Shown piece by piece: positions 56,549 to 64,000 of a stretch of 64,000 nucleotides of DNA; position 1 is the stretch's first letter; each line of letters starts with the position of its first letter. The position numbers and the translations under genes were made by a program. Source of the DNA: Gemmatimonadota bacterium (GTDB lineage: Bacteria > Gemmatimonadota > Gemmatimonadetes > Gemmatimonadales > GWC2-71-9); NCBI GenBank assembly GCA_036679645.1, contig JAZDCY010000074.1, positions 1 to 64,000 of the forward strand, written 5' to 3'. The notes beneath the pieces are model-generated. The model was not told where the DNA came from, did not search any database, and saw nothing but the letters and a program-made list of their open reading frames with translations.

Positions 56549-58195
56549 ATGCGTTCCACCGTTCTGGCTTGTTTCGCTCTCGCCTTTGTCGGGACGCTCG
56601 CGCCGCGCGCGACCGAGGCCCAGGTGGGCGCCCACGTCCTCACGAACGCTCGGTTCTGGACTGGTGACTCGACGCGGCCGTGGGTGGACGCCGTGGCCTA
56701 CCGCGGTGAATGGATCATCGCGGTCGGTGACCGGGACGAGGCGATCCGTGCCGCGGGTCCGGGTGCGGAGATCGAGGAGCTTGGCGGGGTGATGGTTACA
56801 CCGGGGTTCATCGACACACATACCCACTTCAACAGCGCCGGCCGGCTGCTACTCGGAGTCAACCTGCTCGATGTTGCCGACGACGCGGGCCTGCGACGGC
56901 GCGTCGCCGAAGCCGATCGCCGACTTCCCCGGGGTGCCTGGATGTTGGGCGGCGATTGGGGTGCGTACGACCTGGAATCGACCTGGGCGCCGCGTCGCGA
57001 TCCGCTCGACGAGGTGCTGACCGACCGGCCGGCGCTGCTCAACAAGTGGGATCGATCGCAATACCTGGCCAATGCGGCCGCGCTCCGCGCTGCCGGTATC
57101 GATCCCGCGACCCACGACGGCTACGTCGAAGGGGATGAGCTGCGCCGCGTTCGGGAAGCTGTTCCGCCCGCGGGCCTCGACCAGCGCCTGGCCGAGGCGG
57201 CGCTCGCGTTACATGATCTCAAGAGCCACGGCGTCACCGAGATCCACGACATCACCGGTGACGAGCAGATGCGCGTGTTCCAGCGCCTGCTTCGCGTAGA
57301 TTCGCTGACGGTCCGCGTATGCGCCCGACCGACCCTGGACAAGTGGGAGCATCTCGCCGCGCTGGGGATGCAAACGGGTTATGGGAACCGAATGCTCCGC
57401 GTATGCGGCCTCAAGGGATTCGTCGATGGGATCATGGGGAATTCCTCGGCAATGTTCCGGGAACCGTACCGGCACATGCCTGAGACGTCGGGACGCTGGC
57501 GCAGCATGATGTCTCCGCCAGGGAACATGGAACGGTTCATCGTTGGAGCGGATACGGCCGGGCTCACGCCGCAGATCCATGCGATCGGCGACCTCGCGGT
57601 CGACACGCTGCTCGACATGTTTGCAGCAGCCATCAGGGAAAATGGCCCGAGAGATCGCCGCTTCCGGCTGATCCATGCGCAGGTGGTGGAAGACGATGAT
57701 TTCGCGCGATTTGGGGAGTTGGGAGTGATCGCCGAGGTGCAGCCGTACCACGCCATCGACGATATGCGCTGGATGGAGGATCGGATTGGTGACCGGTCGC
57801 GCGGCGCGTACGCATTTCGCTCGCTGAAAGACGGCGGCGCGTTGCTGGTGTTCGGATCAGATTGGCCTGGAACCAACGCCTCGTGGTATCCGGCGGAACC
57901 CCTGCTCGGAATCTACGCGGCGGTGACCCGCCAAACGCTGGATGGCGAGCCGGCGGGCGGATGGTATCCGGACCAGCGACTCACGGTCCAGGAGGCGCTC
58001 GAGGCGTACACCATCGCTGCGGCGTACGCGGGTTTCAGCGAGAGCTGGAAGGGGAAACTCGCGCCCGGTTACGTTGCAGATTTTGCCGTGCTCTCGCAAA
58101 ACCTCTTTGAGATCGGACCGGCGCAGATCAAGGATGTCGCGGTCGAGGGGACGATGGTTGGCGGACGCTGGGTATATCGACGTGAGCACCCCTGA
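56549..58195 (+). CDS. Exported amidohydrolase (amidohydrolase_3/YtcJ-like)
   Basis: PGFIDTHTH, KGFVDG, HAIGD, RLIHAQ, FGSDWP; signal peptide. Confidence 0.9.
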   Translation: MRSTVLACFALAFVGTLAPRATEAQVGAHVLTNARFWTGDSTRPWVDAVAYRGEWIIAVGDRDEAIRAAGPGAEIEELGGVMVTPGFIDTHTHFNSAGRLLLGVNLLDVADDAGLRRRVAEADRRLPRGAWMLGGDWGAYDLESTWAPRRDPLDEVLTDRPALLNKWDRSQYLANAAALRAAGIDPATHDGYVEGDELRRVREAVPPAGLDQRLAEAALALHDLKSHGVTEIHDITGDEQMRVFQRLLRVDSLTVRVCARPTLDKWEHLAALGMQTGYGNRMLRVCGLKGFVDGIMGNSSAMFREPYRHMPETSGRWRSMMSPPGNMERFIVGADTAGLTPQIHAIGDLAVDTLLDMFAAAIRENGPRDRRFRLIHAQVVEDDDFARFGELGVIAEVQPYHAIDDMRWMEDRIGDRSRGAYAFRSLKDGGALLVFGSDWPGTNASWYPAEPLLGIYAAVTRQTLDGEPAGGWYPDQRLTVQEALEAYTIAAAYAGFSESWKGKLAPGYVADFAVLSQNLFEIGPAQIKDVAVEGTMVGGRWVYRREHP

Positions 58196-58820
58196 ACCGG
58201 TCGCCCGGTACATCGCGGAGCTTTTCGCGCCGGAGGACGACGCCCTCCGGGCAATCCGTACCGCGCATGCTACGGCGGAGCTTCCGGAGATTCACGTCTC
58301 GGCGGTGGAGGGCAAGCTTCTCCAGGTGCTGCTGCACGCCATTGGCGCGCACCGCGTTCTCGAGGTCGGCACCCTGGGCGGATACAGCGCCATCTGGATG
58401 GCCCGTGCGCTGCCAACCGGCGGGACGGTGACGACCATCGAGGGCAACGAGCGGCACGCCGCGTTTGCGCGCGAGGCGGTCACACGGGCGCAGGTCGCGG
58501 ATCGGGTCGAGATCATCGGTGGCGAGGCGCTCGACACGCTCGCGACCCTCCCCGGACCGTTCGATGCCGTGTTCTTGGATGCCGACAAAGCGCCATTGCC
58601 GCAGTACTTCGCACACGCCATGCGTCTGCTCCGCCGCGGCGGTCTGCTGGCGTGTGACAACACGTTCATGGACGGGCATATCGTCGAGGATGACGCCACA
58701 TCCTCGGATGTCGAGGGGATGCGTGAGTTCAACCGGCTTGCGGCGACCGACCGGCGTTTGGTGACGGCAGTGATTCCGGAACGGGACGGCTTGCTGGTGG
58801 CCATCAAGGTCGGCGACTGA
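58182..58820 (+). CDS. SAM-dependent O-methyltransferase (CCoAOMT/YrrM-like)
   Basis: LEVGTLGGYSAIW, FLDADK, DN; GTG start at 58182. Confidence 0.9.
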   Translation: MSTPEPVARYIAELFAPEDDALRAIRTAHATAELPEIHVSAVEGKLLQVLLHAIGAHRVLEVGTLGGYSAIWMARALPTGGTVTTIEGNERHAAFAREAVTRAQVADRVEIIGGEALDTLATLPGPFDAVFLDADKAPLPQYFAHAMRLLRRGGLLACDNTFMDGHIVEDDATSSDVEGMREFNRLAATDRRLVTAVIPERDGLLVAIKVGD

Positions 58821-59773
58821 CTACGACGACCTCGACCCGCGCCCGGGTGCGGAACGCGCTCGTACGCGCCGGCGGGGTGCCCGCGCGCGCGCAGGTGCGC
58901 ACGCGGGTGGCGCAGCCCGTTTCGCGACCCTTCGCGTCCGGTCGGGTGGTGGAAGGGTCCCGCATTCGGGAGATCGACTGCGGGTCACCCACCCACGCGC
59001 CCGACGGGGTTGGTTTTGCCGACGGGATCCAGCGCTGGGTCCTGGACGGACACTTGGGGCTCGCGCCCGTCGTCCGCGCCCACGTCGCCGCGGCGGTGCT
59101 GGTCCGCAATGACGGTCGATTCCGCGCGGAAACGTGTGAGACGGAGGAGTTCCTCGTCGTCCCGGGTAGGCGCGTCACGCCGGCGCAGCTCGCCGCGTTG
59201 CAGGATACCGGGCTTGCCGTGCACGAGACCGATCCCGCGGACCGCGCACACCCCATAGTGGATCGTTACTCAGCGGTGCAGGTCGTGGAACGGCGGCGGG
59301 AGGCGGCGGAACGGCGCGCCGTTACCACGTACGTCCAGCGTCATCCGCATGCGTGGGTCGTGGTAGACGGGCCGATCGGATTCTTCGGAGACGAGCCCGC
59401 GGCATCGCGCGCGGTGGGGCTGATCAAGACGCACGACACGCAGTTCCTCGAGGGCGCGGATCTCGAGATTGCGCTCACACTACGCGCGGGACATCGGTCG
59501 AGCGTCTTCGAGCGGACGGTACACGGTCGCCACGCGGTGTACTCGTGGTACCTTAGACTGTGGCCGTGGCGCGATGAAGATCTGTTGCACGGCCTGACGC
59601 GCCTCGAGCGGCGGCCAGACCCGGCGGCCGTGGTGGAAGCCGACGAGGTGAGTCGTTGGATGCTTGCCGAGCGCGCGCCGCTCTCGGCGCCGGAGGCCCG
59701 TTGGGATCGGTTGATATACCCAATTCGTGAAGTCGAAACCTATCTCCGCGCGCGCGCAGGGGGTTGGGGCTGA
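58817..59773 (+). CDS. nurA: NurA-like 5'-3' nuclease
   Basis: GFADGIQR, VVVDGP, GLIKTH, SWYLRL and YPIREVE resemble Deinococcus/Thermus NurA; directly upstream of herA; start CTG 58817 or GTG 58847. Confidence 0.72.
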   Translation: MTTTTSTRARVRNALVRAGGVPARAQVRTRVAQPVSRPFASGRVVEGSRIREIDCGSPTHAPDGVGFADGIQRWVLDGHLGLAPVVRAHVAAAVLVRNDGRFRAETCETEEFLVVPGRRVTPAQLAALQDTGLAVHETDPADRAHPIVDRYSAVQVVERRREAAERRAVTTYVQRHPHAWVVVDGPIGFFGDEPAASRAVGLIKTHDTQFLEGADLEIALTLRAGHRSSVFERTVHGRHAVYSWYLRLWPWRDEDLLHGLTRLERRPDPAAVVEADEVSRWMLAERAPLSAPEARWDRLIYPIREVETYLRARAGGWG

Positions 59774-61719
59774 CAGAAGGCATCGGACCCGTCATCGGGC
59801 GGGTCATCGCAACCGAGCAGCTTCCCGCAAGTCCGCACCAGTTCCATTTCTGGACGGCGACCGAGACCGCGATCGGGATTGGTGCCATCGTGCGCGTGGC
59901 GTCGCCGTCGCGCACGGTGTACGGCGTCGTGCAGGACGGGCGTGCGTACTCCGATCTCGCAACGCCGCTGCACGAGGTCATTGCGTCGGAAGGGGACCCG
60001 ACAGCACCCGATCCTCCCAGCCGACGCACCGAGATCCGGTTGTGGACGGCGGCGGTGCTCCGGCACGAGCCGGAGGAGCCTCTACAGCCCGTGCCCCTTG
60101 CCAACGTCCATGCCGCAACCGAATCCGACGTAGAGATCGCCCTGCGTATGGATGCGTATGTGCGAGGTGAAGAGCCGACGGCCATTCCTGTGGGACTCTA
60201 CACCGCCGGCGGGACCGAGGCGCCGGTCTACCTCGACGCCGACTTTCTGCTCGGGCCCGAGTCGGCGCATCTCAACATCAATGGGGTGTCGGGGCTCGCC
60301 ACCAAGACAAGCGCCGTCGTGTTCCTTATCGGGTCAGTGTTCGCGCACTTCCCCCGCTCGAAAGGTCGTATTGCCGCCGTCTGCTTCAACGTCAAGGGTT
60401 CCGATCTGGCGTTTCTCGACCAGCCGGCCGATCTGACAGAGCGGGATCGCGAGATGTACCGCGCCCTCGCCGTTCCGGCGGAACCTTTGAAGAACGTACG
60501 CTACTACGCACCGCTCAAGGCCGACGGCGTCAATCTGAACAGCCTGCGGTCTCATCCAGATCTAGTGGGATCGGTGGAGCCGCTCACGTGGGGGCTGCAC
60601 GAAGTACTCGACTACGCCGAGGTCCTGCTGAATCGGGACGATATCGATGCCAAGGCCGACGCGTTTCTCGATTTCCTCGCTGATCGGGTCGTTGGAAAGA
60701 CGTTCAACGACGAATGGGGCGGTCGCCACCGGGTCGAAAGTTTCGCGGATCTGGAAAAACTATTTCGGGCCATCTTTGATGGACTCGAGGCGACCGGCGG
60801 TCGCGACATGTGGCGCACCCATCACATCGCAACGATTCGTAAGGTGCGCAACCGTCTGCTCAATATTTCGACCCGTTGCAAGGGATTGGTAACCGACGAG
60901 GAAGGCGGCAACGATTTGCCGTTCGGCGCGTTCGACGATAGAGCCGTCTACGTCGTCGATGTGTCGGGTGTGGATCAATTGGGGCAGGATCTCGTATTCA
61001 CGCGCATCGTCTCCAAGCTGCGTGAGCACCTGGAACGGCGTGAGCTCGGGGTCGAGCACGTGATAGTGTTCGTCGACGAGTTGAACAAGTATGCGCCGGC
61101 GGACGGTCCCGAGACGTACGTGCGCCGCATGCTACTGGACATCTCCGAACGAGGACGGTATCTGGGACTCGTGTTGTTCGGAGCCCAACAGTTTCGGTCG
61201 CAGGTGCACCGCCGCGTCGTGGGGAACGCAGGCACGACCATCTACGGCCGCATGGACGTCGATGAACTTGCGACACCGGGATACCAGATCCTGTCGCCCG
61301 CTACCAAGATCAAGCTCGCCACGCTTCCGAAGGGTGAACTGATGGTGCGGCATCCGCACTTCACGCAGCCCGTCTTTCTGCGGTTCCCGCGCCCGGCCTC
61401 GTTGGCAGGCCGGCAGGGCATCGAGCGGTTCCCGCCGGCGGCGGACGTGCCGTTCGAGGATGCCGTGACACGACAGTTGGCGGCGCTGGACCGCCGGATT
61501 ACCGCTGCGCGCGTCAAGGACGTCATTGCCGGGCACCGCGACGAGGATGTGCGCTCCGCGTTGCTCGCCACGCGACGCGCACGGCCGGACGACCCGCTGA
61601 CGTTCTTTGTTGCCCGGCTGCACACCTCGATTCCGCGCCGGTCAGTGGAATCGGCGGAGCAGGACGATGGCCGGACCGTACGCCCACTTGCGCCGGTGGA
61701 GGATCCCTATGCGTCGTAG
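59764..61719 (+). CDS. herA: HerA-like ATPase/DNA translocase (HAS barrel plus FtsK/HerA domain)
   Basis: HLNINGVSGLATKTS (extended Walker A), FNVKG, VFVDELNKYAP (Walker B), ERGRYLG...AQQ; start TTG 59764 or CTG 59770. Confidence 0.88.
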   Translation: MGLTEGIGPVIGRVIATEQLPASPHQFHFWTATETAIGIGAIVRVASPSRTVYGVVQDGRAYSDLATPLHEVIASEGDPTAPDPPSRRTEIRLWTAAVLRHEPEEPLQPVPLANVHAATESDVEIALRMDAYVRGEEPTAIPVGLYTAGGTEAPVYLDADFLLGPESAHLNINGVSGLATKTSAVVFLIGSVFAHFPRSKGRIAAVCFNVKGSDLAFLDQPADLTERDREMYRALAVPAEPLKNVRYYAPLKADGVNLNSLRSHPDLVGSVEPLTWGLHEVLDYAEVLLNRDDIDAKADAFLDFLADRVVGKTFNDEWGGRHRVESFADLEKLFRAIFDGLEATGGRDMWRTHHIATIRKVRNRLLNISTRCKGLVTDEEGGNDLPFGAFDDRAVYVVDVSGVDQLGQDLVFTRIVSKLREHLERRELGVEHVIVFVDELNKYAPADGPETYVRRMLLDISERGRYLGLVLFGAQQFRSQVHRRVVGNAGTTIYGRMDVDELATPGYQILSPATKIKLATLPKGELMVRHPHFTQPVFLRFPRPASLAGRQGIERFPPAADVPFEDAVTRQLAALDRRITAARVKDVIAGHRDEDVRSALLATRRARPDDPLTFFVARLHTSIPRRSVESAEQDDGRTVRPLAPVEDPYAS

Positions 61720-62605
61720 CGTCATCCGCGTCGTCGTGGCGATCGTGCCGCTCATGATCCCGCTGGCGTCGTTGAATGCGCAGCAGGAGATTCTGCTGCG
61801 GTTTCGACCCGCGCCCGGGCACGTCGTGCGGATCCTCTCGACGTACACGGCCGCAATGACGTTCAAGAACCTGATGGGAGAGGGGCTCCCGCAAGACGCC
61901 GGCAGCCTGTCGGTGGAAGCCGAGATCATGCAATCGATAACCGACCGCGTGCGCTCGGTGGGTGGGGCTGTCACGGTAGATCGCACGGTCGATTCGACCC
62001 GCGCCACGGCGCGGCTGGCAGGTCTGGTCCAGTCGGGCACGGCCGATGCGCGGCAGCGAGCGACTGCGCGCGTCGTCATCAGCGATCGGCTGGAGGTACT
62101 CGATTTCGCCGTTACCGAGGCGGATTCGCTCACCGCGTTGGTGGAGTCAGCACTCCGCACGCCCATAGGCTACGAGTTTGCCCTGCCGGAACAGCCGATC
62201 CGTCCCGGCGACACGTGGGTGACCACACTCCGGTTTCCCTTTCAGAGCATCGACGACAACCGTGCGGACCAGACGCCCGGGCTCGATACGGCTGTCGTGG
62301 CCGAAGCAACATTCCGACTCGACAGCATCGTCGTGCGCGCCGGAGATACGCTGGCATATCTCGGCGTACGCGGCAATTTCCAACCGGTAACGATGACGGA
62401 GACGGCGGTGCAGGGCGTGAGTGGCTCGGGGACGATCTCCGGGGCTCTTGCGGGGACGCTGATCTGGTCGGCCGGATGGAACGCCTTCGGGTCCGGGGCA
62501 ATCCGGGCAGTGCTCGCGATGGACTTCGCTCTCCTCGATGGTGGACGGCGCGCCGCGTTGAGTATCGAGTTCGACGTGGTGAATCGGTTCGAGATACGGC
62601 CGTAG
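61709..62605 (+). CDS. Exported hypothetical beta-rich protein
   Basis: MRRSVIRVVVAIVPLMIPLASLNA-Q signal peptide; LPEQPIRPGDTW motif. Confidence 0.7.
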   Translation: MRRSVIRVVVAIVPLMIPLASLNAQQEILLRFRPAPGHVVRILSTYTAAMTFKNLMGEGLPQDAGSLSVEAEIMQSITDRVRSVGGAVTVDRTVDSTRATARLAGLVQSGTADARQRATARVVISDRLEVLDFAVTEADSLTALVESALRTPIGYEFALPEQPIRPGDTWVTTLRFPFQSIDDNRADQTPGLDTAVVAEATFRLDSIVVRAGDTLAYLGVRGNFQPVTMTETAVQGVSGSGTISGALAGTLIWSAGWNAFGSGAIRAVLAMDFALLDGGRRAALSIEFDVVNRFEIRP

Positions 62606-62611
62606 GCGGCC

Positions 62612-63799
62612 GTGAGAATCGCGCACCTCGCCGACCTGCACTTGGGATTCCGTCAGTTCTCGCGGCTGACGTCGCACGGTGTCAACCAGCGCGAGACGGA
62701 CGTGGCGCAGGTGTTTCGGCGGGCGCTGGACGCTGTGATCGACGCTGTGCCAGATCTCATCATCCTCGCCGGCGACCTCTTTCACTCCGTCCGGCCAACC
62801 AATGCGGCCATTCTGGATTCGTTCAACCAGCTCCGCCGCGTCCGGGCCGAGCTTCCCGAGACCCCTGTCGTCATCGTTGCCGGGAACCACGATACGCCAC
62901 GCTCGGCTGAGACGGGGACGATCCTGCGGTTGTTCGAGGCGCTCGATGGCGTGCACGTCGTAGCTTTTCAACCGCGGCGGCTCCACTTCGAACGGCTGCG
63001 CACCTCGGTATTGTGCGTGCCCAACATTGCCTGGAGCGTGGCTCCCCGTCCGGACATCGCCCCGGACCCGGACGCCGAGTGGAACCTGCTGGTAACGCAC
63101 CGCGAGGTGGAAGGTGTAGTACCCCGTCCCGCCGGCACCGCCGATTACGGCCCCATGCCGATCCGGCAACGCGATCTCCACGCCGACCAATTCGACTACG
63201 TAGCGCTGGGACATTATCACGTCGCCACGAAGGTTGAGCGCAACGTCTGGTATTCCGGTGCGCTCGAGTACGTCACCACGAACCCCTGGGGGGAGTCGCG
63301 CGAGCGGGGTGAGGCGGATGCGGCGGGGTCGAAGGGCTGGCTGCTGGTTGAGCTTGGCAAGCGGCTGCGTGTGCGTTTCCAGCCCGTCGAACTCGCGCGT
63401 GGCGTGGTAGATCTCGCACCAATTCAGGGTGCCGGGTTAGGGGCGGCCGAACTGGACCGCGTGATCGGTGACGCCGTCGCTGCGGTTCCGGGTGGTATCG
63501 ACAGGCAGATCGTGCGCCAGGTAGTGTACGATGTGCCCCGGATCACCGCGCGGGATCTCGATCACACGGCGATCCGGGAACTCAAAGCGCGTGCCCTGCA
63601 CTTTCGCCTCGACTTACGCCGTCCCACGTCGCCGCGAGAGGTCGGAGTCGGAGCTCCCGGCAGCCGACAGACGCTGCCGGATCTCGTGATCGACTATCTG
63701 AAGCACCGGCGGCTCCCGGCCGACGTCTCGCGCGACGCGCTCGTCTCGCTAGGTACGCGATATCTACAGGCGGTGGACGCGCACGAGGCGGAGCCTTAG
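62612..63799 (+). CDS. sbcD: Mre11/SbcD nuclease
   Basis: DLHLG, GDLFH, GNHD, TH and LGHYH metallophosphoesterase motifs, YSGALE. Confidence 0.92.
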   Translation: MRIAHLADLHLGFRQFSRLTSHGVNQRETDVAQVFRRALDAVIDAVPDLIILAGDLFHSVRPTNAAILDSFNQLRRVRAELPETPVVIVAGNHDTPRSAETGTILRLFEALDGVHVVAFQPRRLHFERLRTSVLCVPNIAWSVAPRPDIAPDPDAEWNLLVTHREVEGVVPRPAGTADYGPMPIRQRDLHADQFDYVALGHYHVATKVERNVWYSGALEYVTTNPWGESRERGEADAAGSKGWLLVELGKRLRVRFQPVELARGVVDLAPIQGAGLGAAELDRVIGDAVAAVPGGIDRQIVRQVVYDVPRITARDLDHTAIRELKARALHFRLDLRRPTSPREVGVGAPGSRQTLPDLVIDYLKHRRLPADVSRDALVSLGTRYLQAVDAHEAEP

Positions 63800-63801
63800 G
63801 C

Positions 63802-64000
63802 GTGCGGCTACACCGGCTGAAACTCGTCAACTTCCGGCAGCATGAGGCGACCGACATCACGTTAGGTGACGGGATTACGGCAATCATTGGGCCGAACGGT
63901 TCTGGCAAGACCACGTTGCTCGAGGCTATCGCGTGGGCATTCTACGGCACGCCGGCCGTGCGCGGCACGCGGGACTCGATTCGGTGGAACCGCGCGCCCG
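63802..64000 (+). CDS. sbcC: Rad50/SbcC SMC-like ATPase, 3'-truncated
   Basis: GTG start, RLHRLKLVNFRQH...GITAIIGPNGSGKTTLLEAIAWAFYG; open to the window end and absent from the ORF track. Confidence 0.9.
   Translation, partial: MRLHRLKLVNFRQHEATDITLGDGITAIIGPNGSGKTTLLEAIAWAFYGTPAVRGTRDSIRWNRAP

Noticed and set aside
59764..61719. HerA as part of an anti-phage system (Sir2-HerA/Nezha, DUF4297-HerA)
   Set aside because: There is no Sir2 or DUF4297 partner. The neighbours are NurA, Mre11 and Rad50 in a housekeeping context.

Overview
This GC-rich, gene-dense bacterial chromosome segment is probably from Gemmatimonadota or a related FCB lineage (inferred from gene content; not verified). No rRNA, tRNA, CRISPR array, transposase or integrase was seen. 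From left to right it contains: (1) a 5'-truncated surface-protein operon (a large Cys-rich protein with a T9SS-CTD-like C-terminus, a PorV/PorQ-like barrel, an OMP barrel and two lipoproteins); (2) a diheme plus octaheme cytochrome c pair bracketed by near-identical heptamer-repeat palindromes; (3) a minus-strand core run of dnaE-accA-ricT-metG, an M23 peptidase and a hypothetical gene; (4) a lipoprotein metallopeptidase, a second PorV-like barrel and an aminopeptidase; (5) gdhA, an M20 peptidase and thiO-lipA-pdhABC-lpdA-lipB; (6) a hybrid kinase with two glycosyltransferases and DUF3108, then PspA-like and RemA-like genes; (7) tdk-coaE-gcvH-gcvP-lipoate ligase-oppBCDF, HU and a catalytically degenerate DEAD/DbpA protein; (8) a tightly packed plus-strand run of dmpA, an aminotransferase, an amidohydrolase, an O-methyltransferase, nurA, herA, an exported protein, mre11/sbcD and rad50/sbcC (3'-truncated). 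The main highlights are the archaeal-style NurA-HerA-Mre11-Rad50 end-resection cluster with possible CTG-start coupling, two PorV-centred T9SS-like loci, a family of 7/8-mer tandem palindromic intergenic elements, and a shared 25-bp motif upstream of two TTGACA promoters. All family assignments come from motif recognition by eye, not database searches.
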